Assembly (NCBI GenBank): GCA_002501605.1
Contig: DANW01000030.1
Location: 24,553 to 88,552, forward strand
DNA from: Euryarchaeota archaeon UBA28
GTDB taxonomy: Archaea; Thermoplasmatota; Poseidoniia; Poseidoniales; Thalassarchaeaceae
Length of the DNA: 64,000 nt
Reading direction: 5' to 3'
The first letter of the stretch is position 1; each line of letters begins with the position of its first letter. Below are positions 18,201 through 26,541 of the stretch, in pieces. The translations under genes and the position numbers were made by a program. The notes below the pieces were generated by a model that saw only the letters and a list, made by a program, of their open reading frames with translations, was not told the DNA's origin and did no database searches.

Positions 18201-19899
18201 TGACGTCGAGCTATTCAATGAGATTCCGGAGGCATCAATGACAATCTCAAGGACTGGTCAGCTGTCCTCGGATACGGTGACAATCGACGGATCCGGTACA
18301 GCAGACCCAGAGGGAGACCCTGTAAAGTTCCAGTTCCTGAGTGACATAGACGGTATTATCTATTCAGGAGTCTCCTCTGATGGCACTATTGAGTGGACTG
18401 GGACATTGTCCAAGGGAACTCACACCATAACTATGCAGGCCAGCGATGACAGGCCGGCTCATGCAGGTCAATGGACGACTTACAGTATGGAGGTCCAAGT
18501 CAACAATTCACTACCCGTCTCAGTGATATCGAGTCCCATGGATGGCGATCTAACGGATTCAGGTACTCTGGTCTCGCTCTCCTCGATTGGATCAGGTGAC
18601 TGGGATATATCCTGCTCCGATCTTCCCGAAAATGGTTCCGGACTGATATGCAACCCCTCGAGCTCAACTAGCTCCGACTTGGTCAGCGTTCTCTGGAAGA
18701 GCGATATCGTCGAAGAGCCCTTGGGAAGCGATTGGTACTTGGAGACCAGGTTGCCAGAGGGTGTTCACCAAATCACACTGACCATCGACGATGGCTCAGG
18801 AAATCCAGATATATCGGAGATAACGCTCAGGGTCGATGAAGCCGCGCCTGTTTTCGTCTTGGACTCGCCGGTTCCAGATGCCATAGTATATTCGAACCTA
18901 CCAGTTCTTTTCGATTTCAGGAGGTCCTTTGACCCCGATGGAGATGACTTCACAGTAACTGTAACGTCCAATCTGATGGTGGAGCCCATTCTTGAATCCA
19001 AAACGACCGATTTCTGGTACAACGACTATCTGCCCCATGGAACCCACACTCTGACATTTGAGCTGACAGACGAGAATGGAATGGCCATATCCCATACCCA
19101 GGAGATAACTGTCTTGGAGACTGACCCAGTGGCTTCCATATCCGGGCTTTCCGAGGGCCAGTATATCCCTCCAGGTACAATTCTAGAATTAAACGGATCA
19201 GAGTCCTTCGACTATGACAATGACATAGCGCTGTATAGATGGACCCTTTCCGATGGAACAGAGGTCAGCGACAGAGAGACAGTAACCGTCCAGTTATCTC
19301 CGGGACCGGTGAGGGTCGATCTGGTGGTCCAAGACTCAAGGGGAGCGCAGTCTCTCGCCTCGGTAAATCTGACCATAGGCTCGTCATCACCAGCCCTGAG
19401 GGACATGACAGTCTCCCCAAAGGAATTCCGCATGGGAGAGGTCAATGAGATAAGAGTAACAGTGGTTATGGAAGACGCAGATGGTACCACAGAATCAGTG
19501 GGAGGGGAGATGGTCGCCGGAGGACTATCCAAGTCATTCCAGATGAGGGATGACGGGCAACTGGGGGACTTGATTGCAGATGATGGAATTTGGACTTATG
19601 AGACAAATTGGGAGATAACCTCTGGTTCCTCCGCCTCCATAGGTGTTTGGGCTCTGGATGGGGATACCGTGAGTCCTACCCTGATGTCCATCGTTCCAAT
19701 AACTGAGGAACAGGGAATGGACATTTTCGGATGGATAGTGGGTTCGGGCCTGCCTGTGGTCATATTGGTGATATGTATGCTAACCTCGGTCGGAATGGTA
19801 ATTGTATCCAATCGAAGAAGAGAGATAGAGAGGGATTTGGAGATGATTCAGTCATGGTCCTCTTTCGAGCCAATTGATAGTGATGACGACGAAATATAG
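15244..19899 (+). CDS. Large surface protein: parallel beta-helix, Ig/PKD-like repeats, choice-of-anchor-X-like motif and TM anchor
   Basis: Asn/Gly-rich beta-helix repeats; repeated DP(E/D)GD...W motifs; MRDDGQLGDLIADDGIWT; C-terminal TM. Confidence 0.8.
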   Translation: MRVPDYRPRIAFAIVALLILVSCSNLVSSSESRTTTVWSGNVILPDGYLVDSGEVLSISAGTTVSIGSGHSLDVDGRIIISGSVSSPVVINSISGNHEGLVFNYSSDGLGSRVDNLSVVDSKYGVTIYGSDPVISNLTVNNADSVAVDLYGGASPLIVDLVISGGGQDVHGFSTTWRYGIGLSIGAYSTPIVRGAQIDGLITRGVNHWGNSGGLLSDLVISNISGSTMAIAAGIWVEDSIPLIEDSIISRSDNGIFVRHITDGWTTRPTFESVVVESSMYRGVMVEQYNHSQYSNLPLNAIFNDITVRGTGGPGAKTSGLSVAAFDINTSGVHIDVGLIEDNSAVGLRGYMIDSSTIINRLNIIGNGNPSAISPYNDRAGMFFRSANWAPTVNDLVVRNSTGPGVLLWKGGIQGSYWDISNNGATGLDIREFHPDLFLVSSHNNSGHGVSVIDSSNVELEQIHTSHNGLGTVLPSSGAGIYFDESNDVVSAGKNVSCTNCSSSHDQHGVVIRDSIDIFLDGITSREPLFGPALDIDNSGITEREGRVSLSNITVFQNSSTHSVELNLADATIDNLEIVGSNYGVKWSAIGGMTSYLNSSLIRGSQGCMELIDHTDLVSSSVLFECEGANPSVSSSFVNFTDSSFSTALGMSETFSTLGNSHIRWISSSRIATPNFTGSDNIVDLMWFVEANVVNQNLRNIPFSDVNFSFDQLEIEFNHTLPYSGREVVGPFIGQRWTPVQGWSQNTTMSPGCDYDGVHNDSAPIQLTSDSVVICMVEITNQPPFIIWSTPEDESVYPSGSPVYFRGNESWDLDDDDLSYTWTSSIDGVLAMTGGEGPCSGTAVGNASSFMANDWAGASQCLSDGLHLITLEVCDPTHCITEEREIELVNLPPVLSVGTSPSVSSWGTLYLGQTANVTVFMSGTYDPEGDDLECWIGASYEENASLPPNPPNGCPLELNRSFPGAPSQFSVTVYASDGNNPASTWTFDVELFNEIPEASMTISRTGQLSSDTVTIDGSGTADPEGDPVKFQFLSDIDGIIYSGVSSDGTIEWTGTLSKGTHTITMQASDDRPAHAGQWTTYSMEVQVNNSLPVSVISSPMDGDLTDSGTLVSLSSIGSGDWDISCSDLPENGSGLICNPSSSTSSDLVSVLWKSDIVEEPLGSDWYLETRLPEGVHQITLTIDDGSGNPDISEITLRVDEAAPVFVLDSPVPDAIVYSNLPVLFDFRRSFDPDGDDFTVTVTSNLMVEPILESKTTDFWYNDYLPHGTHTLTFELTDENGMAISHTQEITVLETDPVASISGLSEGQYIPPGTILELNGSESFDYDNDIALYRWTLSDGTEVSDRETVTVQLSPGPVRVDLVVQDSRGAQSLASVNLTIGSSSPALRDMTVSPKEFRMGEVNEIRVTVVMEDADGTTESVGGEMVAGGLSKSFQMRDDGQLGDLIADDGIWTYETNWEITSGSSASIGVWALDGDTVSPTLMSIVPITEEQGMDIFGWIVGSGLPVVILVICMLTSVGMVIVSNRRREIERDLEMIQSWSSFEPIDSDDDEI

Positions 19900-19932
19900 G
19901 GCAGAAACAACAGCGCCCCTCAGCATCAACAA

Positions 19933-20112
19933 TCAAGAATTTTCTTTTTTAGGGAGTATCGAAGACATGTTTGATATCATCCAAGAAGATGCTGCAATAA
20001 GCTGTAACCAATCTCCATTACCCTCAGGCAATGACCCATCAGAGTAAACAAATACACTGACAATCCAGCATAAGCTGGCTATCGTTTGTCCAAGCCACTC
20101 TACACCCATCAT
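19933..20112 (-). CDS. Small 2-TM membrane protein (59 aa)
   Basis: ATG 11 nt after the oxidoreductase stop, GGAG upstream, two Trp-rich hydrophobic helices. Confidence 0.65.
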   Translation of the reverse strand: MMGVEWLGQTIASLCWIVSVFVYSDGSLPEGNGDWLQLIAASSWMISNMSSILPKKENS

Positions 20113-20123
20113 TTTCTCCACAT

Positions 20124-21299
20124 TCAACACGTCAAACACTCCTGTCCACAGCACGACAAATCATCCAAATACATCCCCCAACTCCTGTAGGCTTCCACAA
20201 ATTCATCCGTGGGCAGGTCAAATGATTCAGCGATAGCTTGTGCCACAATTGCAAATCGTTGGCGATATTTGAAAATGAAACAGAATATATGCCCGTCATG
20301 GCGTACCATTGGGCCGGCCAAGAATAGTCCGGGGGTAATCGTTGATTCGTCCTGATCGGTGAGTTCAGCAAACCCGTCATCTCGATGTTCAAACAAATTT
20401 GAAACAAATTTGTGACTGCCATCGAATCCATTGGCTAGAAGCGGTTGATTTTTGGATTGGAAAACTTCTCCATCTTCAGTTTTCAACTCATATATGGACC
20501 CATCAAATGTGATTGATTGAACTGACTTTTCACTGAATAATTCTACATTTGTTTCAAATTCTATACTTTTAATTCGTTCGAATGTAAATGTGGAGAGGGC
20601 CACACTGGGGTCGGAACTTTCCTCTCCCCATGGACAATTTTGGTCAAATACCCGAACCCTTCTTCCCTGTTTTGAAAGATGGTAAGCGGCATCAATTCCA
20701 CTTTCATAACCCCCAATGATAAGGTAATCTTCACCGGTTAAGTCACCGTAGGACTTTATTTTGGAGGTATGCAAACATAATTCACTCCCCAAAAATGCAC
20801 CTTGAGAAGGGTATTGATATTCTCCAGCTGCCCAGATAACCTTTCTTGCAAACAGGGTTCCTTCTTCGGTTTCTAAATGAAATAATCCACCGGCTTTACC
20901 GAGACTTAGAATATTGGTGTTTTCGCGAATAGGTAGCTCGAAAAAATCGGCGAGTCCTTGTAAATGTTCCGCGAATTCTTGCCCAGTAGGATGTTCAATC
21001 CTCATGCTGAAGGCGGGGGATACGCCCACAGCCACTGAATTCAAATCTAGCATGCCGATTGAGTTACTGGGAAATGATGGGGTGATGAACCTTGTCTCAG
21101 CCGGCCATGCTGCGAACGACGAACCTACACCTTTGCGATCCACTATTAGGAAATCCTCTACTCCCGAGTGAGCCACCGAAATCGCAACGCCAATTCCTGC
21201 TGCACCTGCACCAACAATTATGACGTCATGCACCTCTTTGGAATCAGTGACTGCACTTTTTGAATCCTCGTCCTCCGAAGGCATTTCTACTGAATCCAT
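20124..21299 (-). CDS. FAD/NAD(P)-dependent oxidoreductase (Pyr_redox_3/CzcO-like) with a Cys-rich C-terminus
   Basis: VGAGAAG FAD motif, IIGGYESGIDAA, GLFLAGP; ends LSCCGQECLTC. Confidence 0.85.
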   Translation of the reverse strand: MDSVEMPSEDEDSKSAVTDSKEVHDVIIVGAGAAGIGVAISVAHSGVEDFLIVDRKGVGSSFAAWPAETRFITPSFPSNSIGMLDLNSVAVGVSPAFSMRIEHPTGQEFAEHLQGLADFFELPIRENTNILSLGKAGGLFHLETEEGTLFARKVIWAAGEYQYPSQGAFLGSELCLHTSKIKSYGDLTGEDYLIIGGYESGIDAAYHLSKQGRRVRVFDQNCPWGEESSDPSVALSTFTFERIKSIEFETNVELFSEKSVQSITFDGSIYELKTEDGEVFQSKNQPLLANGFDGSHKFVSNLFEHRDDGFAELTDQDESTITPGLFLAGPMVRHDGHIFCFIFKYRQRFAIVAQAIAESFDLPTDEFVEAYRSWGMYLDDLSCCGQECLTC

Positions 21300-21311
21300 G
21301 TGCAGACGGCC

Positions 21312-21366
21312 AATAATAACATTTTAAATAATACTAATAAATATTAATTTTAAAATTATTATTATT
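21312..21366. promoter_or_regulatory. AT-rich imperfect inverted repeat overlapping the TATA box of the oxidoreductase gene (candidate repressor operator)
   Basis: AATAATAACATTTTAAATAATA...TATTAATTTTAAAATTATTATT; minus-strand TTTAAAA lies 22 nt before the ATG at 21299. Confidence 0.5.
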
Positions 21367-21396
21367 AGGAATTTAACGCTAGATTTTGTATAAATT

Positions 21397-21558
21397 TCAA
21401 AGGGCTCTTTTGAAGTAGAATACCTTGAGTTTCCCCGGCTTTTTGCCTTTCGTTGAAACTAATTCCCAACCCTGACTTCCCAAATCATTCAACATTTCAG
21501 TAATCTGGCTATACGATGCATCTGAATTTTCTACAATTCTATACTCCCATTGTGTCAT
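21397..21558 (-). CDS. DUF4177-like small protein (53 aa), absent from the ORF track
   Basis: Manual translation MTQWEYRIVENSDASYSQITEMLNDLGSQGWELVSTKGKKPGKLKVFYFKRAL carries the WEY / LN.LG..GWELV / YFKR pattern. Confidence 0.8.
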   Translation of the reverse strand: MTQWEYRIVENSDASYSQITEMLNDLGSQGWELVSTKGKKPGKLKVFYFKRAL

Positions 21559-21637
21559 GACTATGATAGGACTCAATGAGTTATGAAATTATTCCCGAAA
21601 TATTGGGTACTCTATGTCCCAGATAGATTTCAGGGAT

Positions 21638-22372
21638 TTACTTCTCTGGGCCCCATGGCGTAACTTGCCTAGTTAACCCCAATCTGTGAGTAAAGAGGAA
21701 CCTGAGATTCAGTAGACCATCCCCCCAAGTGTTGATCTCCGCCTCCCCAACCCTTGGCCTGTATGGAACACTGACCTCAGCAGTTCTCTTCTTCCCGAGG
21801 TATCTCCTGGCCCGGATTTTGAACTCCTGGGAGAGAGGCATTCCATCATGCTTGGGACGGACCCTCACATCTTCGAAGATTGATTTTCGGAAAACCCACA
21901 TACCGCTCTGGGAGTCATGTATACCATACCAGTACAAGAGGGATGCTGTCGTAGACAGAACCCAATTGCCAAATCCATGAAGTCCCGGCATTGACCCCTC
22001 CTCGGCTCTCCTAAGCCTGTCGCAACTAATCCATGCTAGGTCTTCCTCTACCAGTTTTTTAACCAGACCGGGGACCTCCTCCCCGGGGTAGGTACAGTCC
22101 GCATCCATCGTGACGATGATGTCACCAGGAGCCATAGAGAAACCAGTCTTGTAGGCTCTACCATAGCCCTTCCGCGGCTCCAAGTATACAGTCGCGCCCT
22201 CTCCCTCTGCCAGCTCTCTCGTCCTGTCCGTGGAATTCCCATCTATAATCAAAAAGTCCAGCCTATCACACCATCCGTTATTTGGTATGGACCTAATCGT
22301 GTCAACTATCGCTTCCTCCTCGTTCCTTGTTGGGATAACGACGGTTACGTGTACCGGCAGGGCTTTGGTCAT
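21638..22372 (-). CDS. GT2 glycosyltransferase (dolichol-phosphate sugar synthase-like)
   Basis: VVIPTRNEE, IDGNSTDRT, GYGRAYKTG, DAD, DSQSG, YRPRVG; start trimmed to avoid overlap with GT4. Confidence 0.9.
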   Translation of the reverse strand: MTKALPVHVTVVIPTRNEEEAIVDTIRSIPNNGWCDRLDFLIIDGNSTDRTRELAEGEGATVYLEPRKGYGRAYKTGFSMAPGDIIVTMDADCTYPGEEVPGLVKKLVEEDLAWISCDRLRRAEEGSMPGLHGFGNWVLSTTASLLYWYGIHDSQSGMWVFRKSIFEDVRVRPKHDGMPLSQEFKIRARRYLGKKRTAEVSVPYRPRVGEAEINTWGDGLLNLRFLFTHRLGLTRQVTPWGPEK

Positions 22373-22469
22373 GAACGAGCCACAAGCCCCTATGTTTTGA
22401 ATAATGCGAACACCTGACTTGTGGTAGTTCTCTTGAAATGCTGATACCGAATCGGAGATTTGAGGGACC

Positions 22470-23699
22470 ATGCACATCGCAATGCTTTCCGCAGAGTTTC
22501 CACCAAGGTGGGGGGGCATGGGATCGACGGTTTTCCATCTCTCCGCAGCTTTGGTCAATAGGGGCCATAGGGTCACTGTCATTACCCGATCAGGAGCAGG
22601 TAAACCACCTAACCAAGAGGGTGTGGACGTGATAGAAGTGGGATGGATGAGAATCCCTATGGAGTTCACACGTTCCTACGGCAGGAGGGCAATTTCGGAG
22701 TTGGAGAAACTGAATGAGAGACTGAATGTGGATGTTGTTCACCTGCATTGCCCCATGATATCGTGGGCAACCCCTCAGTTTCATCGATGTATCCAGAATA
22801 TCGCCCCAGTCGTGTCCTCCCTTCATGGCTCATGGCTTGGTGAGCGGGATGGCTTGCTCGAAGCAAGTATGTCAAAAGAGGCAGCGGTATGGGCCAACGT
22901 AAATGACATAGCAATCAGGTTCACGGCGGAAAGATACGCCAAATTTGAGAACATCGCCATAAGGGAGTCATCGATATGTGTAGCCAACTCCCGTGCGACC
23001 AGAGAGGACTTCGAATCCAGATATAATCCACCGTCGAATTGGGACTGTGAGGTAGTTCACTGGGGCGTTGACACAGAGATGTTCAGACCGTCAGATATCG
23101 AAAACGAGGAAGAGAATCGGAAATTTACTGAAATCAGAAACAGGTTTGGAGCAGTAAGCCCTAGGTCTAAGCTTTTATTGGCAGTTGGAAGGCTTGCGGC
23201 AAGGAAGGGTTATGGTACTCTGATTCGAGGGTTTTCGGCGTTGAACAAGGAGATGCCAAACACTAAGCTTGTGATAGTCGGTAGGGGGCACTTGAAGAGG
23301 AGATTGATGAGGTTGGCAAAGAGCCTAGGAGTTGGAGAGGACGTGACGATAGAGTCCAGCTTATCCTTCGCAGAACTAGCACAACTCTACCGTTCTTCGG
23401 ACTTAGTTGTCTATCCCTCATTTTATGAGGGACAGGGGCTGATTCCCTTGGAAGCAATGGCGTCGGGAGTCCCTGTCGTTACAGTTGATCATGGGCCACT
23501 TCCAGAGATGGTCGACGAATCTGTAGGCGCCCTTTTCACAATGGGTAACATCGAATCCATGGTCTCTGTAATGAAAGAAGTCCTAAAAGTAGGTCGGAAG
23601 AAGGGGGAAAAGGGTAGAGCCAGGGTCCTTCAGAAATTCACCTACTCAGGTAATGCTGAATCCTTCGAGAATATCTATCTTGAGGCCATAAATCGATAG
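22470..23699 (+). CDS. GT4 glycosyltransferase
   Basis: EFPPRWGG, VGRLAARKG, PSFYEGQGLIPLEAMASG. Confidence 0.92.
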   Translation: MHIAMLSAEFPPRWGGMGSTVFHLSAALVNRGHRVTVITRSGAGKPPNQEGVDVIEVGWMRIPMEFTRSYGRRAISELEKLNERLNVDVVHLHCPMISWATPQFHRCIQNIAPVVSSLHGSWLGERDGLLEASMSKEAAVWANVNDIAIRFTAERYAKFENIAIRESSICVANSRATREDFESRYNPPSNWDCEVVHWGVDTEMFRPSDIENEEENRKFTEIRNRFGAVSPRSKLLLAVGRLAARKGYGTLIRGFSALNKEMPNTKLVIVGRGHLKRRLMRLAKSLGVGEDVTIESSLSFAELAQLYRSSDLVVYPSFYEGQGLIPLEAMASGVPVVTVDHGPLPEMVDESVGALFTMGNIESMVSVMKEVLKVGRKKGEKGRARVLQKFTYSGNAESFENIYLEAINR

Positions 23700-23748
23700 A
23701 TTAGGCGAACCATTGATGCGCCATGACTATTTCGGAATACTGATAGTC

Positions 23749-24801
23749 ATGGCGAAGAGCACCAGCCTAGCAAAGGTCGACTCCGGAACCTTGGCCAATA
23801 TCTCTATTGTGTTATTTGTCAGCGTTCTAGCAATTATCCACCTAAAAGCAGTGATCCAACCACTGGTTGTTGCCACGCTAATCTTCTTTTTGATTAGGCC
23901 TCCGGCACAATGGCTGGAGGAGAGGATTGGTGGTCACCCATTAATCGCTTATGGGGTTCTAGTGGTGGCAGTAATGGGGTTCCTTCTGTTCGCGTCGAAT
24001 TCAATGTATGAAGCAATGCAGAGTTTCACAAACGATGCCCCTGAGCTACAGAAATCCTTGGATGAGAAGGTAGCATGGGTAGAGGAATTATCGATATTCG
24101 GATACCAGCCCAATACCTCAACCCTCACTGACTTAGTCACTATCGAGACTGTTAACTCATACGCCGCAGGTTTTGTGGGTACACTGGCAGGATTTACTAC
24201 TGGACTTGTGACAGTCCTCATTTTCCTCCTGTTCATCATTCTAGAGGCAGAGACCCTCCCAAAGAGAATCAAAGCAGCATACCCCGATGATGTAGATAGG
24301 GTAATGTCTGTGGCCTCTGACTCTGGAGATGGAATCAATACCTATGTCATAACCAGAGCCTCAGTTGCTTTCGGTCAAGCTGTTGTCGCCGCAGTCGTAT
24401 TGTCTTACATGGAAATCCCATTCGTCTTCCTATGGGTTTCAATAACATTCCTGATGGATTTCATCCCCTATGTCGGAGCACTACTATCGATCATCCCTCC
24501 CATTCTCCTGGGCCTAATCGTACTACCTCAGACATCAGCCTTGATTCTGATCGCTCTGTTAATTGCTAATCAGCAGGTTTGGGGCGGTATAATCGAGCCG
24601 CAGCTAGCGGGACAGAGACTGGACATGTCCCCAATCGTCCTACTCCTGCTGGTCGCCTTTTGGGGATGGGCATGGGGAATAATGGGAATGGTGCTTGGAG
24701 TCCCGCTTGCAGTCATCATGAAGATTGGGTTAGAGAGTGACCCAAGGACTAGGCCGATAGCAATCATGCTATCAAGGGATCCGGATTCAAAGTCATCTTA
24801 A
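23749..24801 (+). CDS. AI-2E (PerM) family transporter
   Basis: FIPYVGA, IEPQLAGQRLDMSP, WGIMGMVLGVP motifs; multiple TM segments. Confidence 0.9.
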   Translation: MAKSTSLAKVDSGTLANISIVLFVSVLAIIHLKAVIQPLVVATLIFFLIRPPAQWLEERIGGHPLIAYGVLVVAVMGFLLFASNSMYEAMQSFTNDAPELQKSLDEKVAWVEELSIFGYQPNTSTLTDLVTIETVNSYAAGFVGTLAGFTTGLVTVLIFLLFIILEAETLPKRIKAAYPDDVDRVMSVASDSGDGINTYVITRASVAFGQAVVAAVVLSYMEIPFVFLWVSITFLMDFIPYVGALLSIIPPILLGLIVLPQTSALILIALLIANQQVWGGIIEPQLAGQRLDMSPIVLLLLVAFWGWAWGIMGMVLGVPLAVIMKIGLESDPRTRPIAIMLSRDPDSKSS

Positions 24802-25407
24802 CCGCTCCACGTACACCGCTACCACACCATCCGAGGTAACTCTGACCAAATCCCCCAGCCCCTCATTGCTGAGTCCCTTTGTCGACAACTGGAGTTGCTG
24901 TCCTGCCAACTCCCATTTCCCGCCAGTCACATTCACTTTCATGCAACTTCTTAGTGCAAAAACTGAGAATTTTCGACCCTTTTCCATAGGCTCATTGAAA
25001 CCATCATTTGAGGGGCTCACCAGGTGCAAAACTCCAGATTCGTAATGAATCCTGACTTTCATTCCATCTGGGACCTCATTCAATGTAGCGAAGGCGCCAA
25101 AGACATGCCCATAGTCCCCGCCCTCAACACCTATGACATCAATATCTGTAACCCCGAGGGAGCTAACGTAATGAATTGATTTTGAGAGGTCACTCTTACT
25201 TTGATCCTCGAGAAATATAGATTGATCCTCCCACTTGGAATGTTTCACTGAATCCAAGTCTCCAAGGACCTTGGAGACGTCATATCCCATCGACGAGGCT
25301 TTATCAGCACCGCCATCAACTCCGAAAATGAGAGATGTAGAACTTATGATTTCGCGGGCTATGGTCTCACTAGGTAACTCTCCATTGCACCAAAGTATGA
25401 CCTTCAT
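24793..25407 (-). CDS. Thiamine diphosphokinase (bacterial ThiN-type)
   Basis: VDGGA, GDLDS, DQSKSD, GG-x-x-x-H and GLSNE motifs. Confidence 0.85.
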   Translation of the reverse strand: MKVILWCNGELPSETIAREIISSTSLIFGVDGGADKASSMGYDVSKVLGDLDSVKHSKWEDQSIFLEDQSKSDLSKSIHYVSSLGVTDIDVIGVEGGDYGHVFGAFATLNEVPDGMKVRIHYESGVLHLVSPSNDGFNEPMEKGRKFSVFALRSCMKVNVTGGKWELAGQQLQLSTKGLSNEGLGDLVRVTSDGVVAVYVERLR

Positions 25408-25411
25408 TCAA

Positions 25412-26443
25412 TCACCGCTTTCTTGCAGTTACCTTTCCTTCCAAGACTAAGTCGACATCTTCCAATTCCACTGTGGGCTTCACCATCACTCCCCTGATTT
25501 GGTATCCTACCCTAGAACTTCCCCCAAGGGATGAGTTATCCCCTATCGCGACATATGAGGAGCCTCTCACGACCTGATCCTCCAATTGGTTACCGGATAG
25601 TCGCGATCTTGGGTTCATCCCGAACCCGAATTCCGCTAGAGTGCCGACCTTGTCAATTTGAGATATCTTCACCGAGGATCTAATAGAATCCATCTTGGAT
25701 ATCAGTTCCTCAGAAACAGAGCCCCCAGAAATTTCGATCACATTGCCTTCTTCGACCAATAACGTCACTGGCTCATCCAACATTTTACCATCAAGTGATC
25801 CGTCAATCACAATCTTCCCATTCGCGCTCCCCTCCTTTGGAAGGACGAATACCTTACCTGTTGGGAGATTCGTTATCTGTCCGGGACGATTGCAGATTCC
25901 GTTGTCCTCGAGTATCCATCTTGCTCCAGTTGTGAAAGTAAAATCAGTCCCCGAGGATGACTTCACTCTCACTAGGGTTCTCTTCCTGAGTAGGCTGTTT
26001 AGTCCTGATATCTCCTTTTTCATCGCCCCATAATCTGCAGTCATCCCTCCCTTTGATAGAATTTCTGATGTTATGCCCGGCATAGATGCAATTCTCGCAT
26101 TCTCCCTGGAAGCGTTCCTTCTAGCTCTGGTATGAGTCAGAGAGCTCTTTGTGGCGATTAAGACAACGTCCTGTTGCCTCATTAGCTCAGCAACGGGGTC
26201 TGGAGGCTCTGCCCCTTTCTTGTGAGATGGGGGCATCATCATCAGCAGAACCCTGTCGGTTACCTCGGCGGCCGCTTCATAGAGAGATTGCCCTACTTCT
26301 GAGCATTGAGGGTCAGTGACAATTAGCACATGTTCTGAGGGCCTAATCTGCATACAAGTCCTGACAACGGACCTAGAAGAAGTTAGCATCGCCTCTGCCA
26401 ATTCTTCAGAATCAGCGATACCTATTTGCCCCTCCTCTGCCAT
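25412..26443 (-). CDS. M29/AmpS-family aminopeptidase homolog, probably catalytically degenerate
   Basis: VLIVTD, SLTHTRAR, ASMPGIT, NLPTG and AEFGFGMNP family motifs; metal ligands substituted. Confidence 0.75.
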   Translation of the reverse strand: MAEEGQIGIADSEELAEAMLTSSRSVVRTCMQIRPSEHVLIVTDPQCSEVGQSLYEAAAEVTDRVLLMMMPPSHKKGAEPPDPVAELMRQQDVVLIATKSSLTHTRARRNASRENARIASMPGITSEILSKGGMTADYGAMKKEISGLNSLLRKRTLVRVKSSSGTDFTFTTGARWILEDNGICNRPGQITNLPTGKVFVLPKEGSANGKIVIDGSLDGKMLDEPVTLLVEEGNVIEISGGSVSEELISKMDSIRSSVKISQIDKVGTLAEFGFGMNPRSRLSGNQLEDQVVRGSSYVAIGDNSSLGGSSRVGYQIRGVMVKPTVELEDVDLVLEGKVTARKR

Positions 26444-26541
26444 CTGAACCGTATCGCGGAGTGGGTCGTTGTTCAAGGACACTCCGAATGTCAAATCAGT
26501 TAACCAAGCCAGTCAAATGGAGATATGCATTGTCGATAGTG

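Noticed and set aside
22373-22669. N-terminal extension of the GT2 ORF overlapping GT4
   Set aside because: GT2 homology starts at MTKALPV (22372); the extension is antisense to GT4
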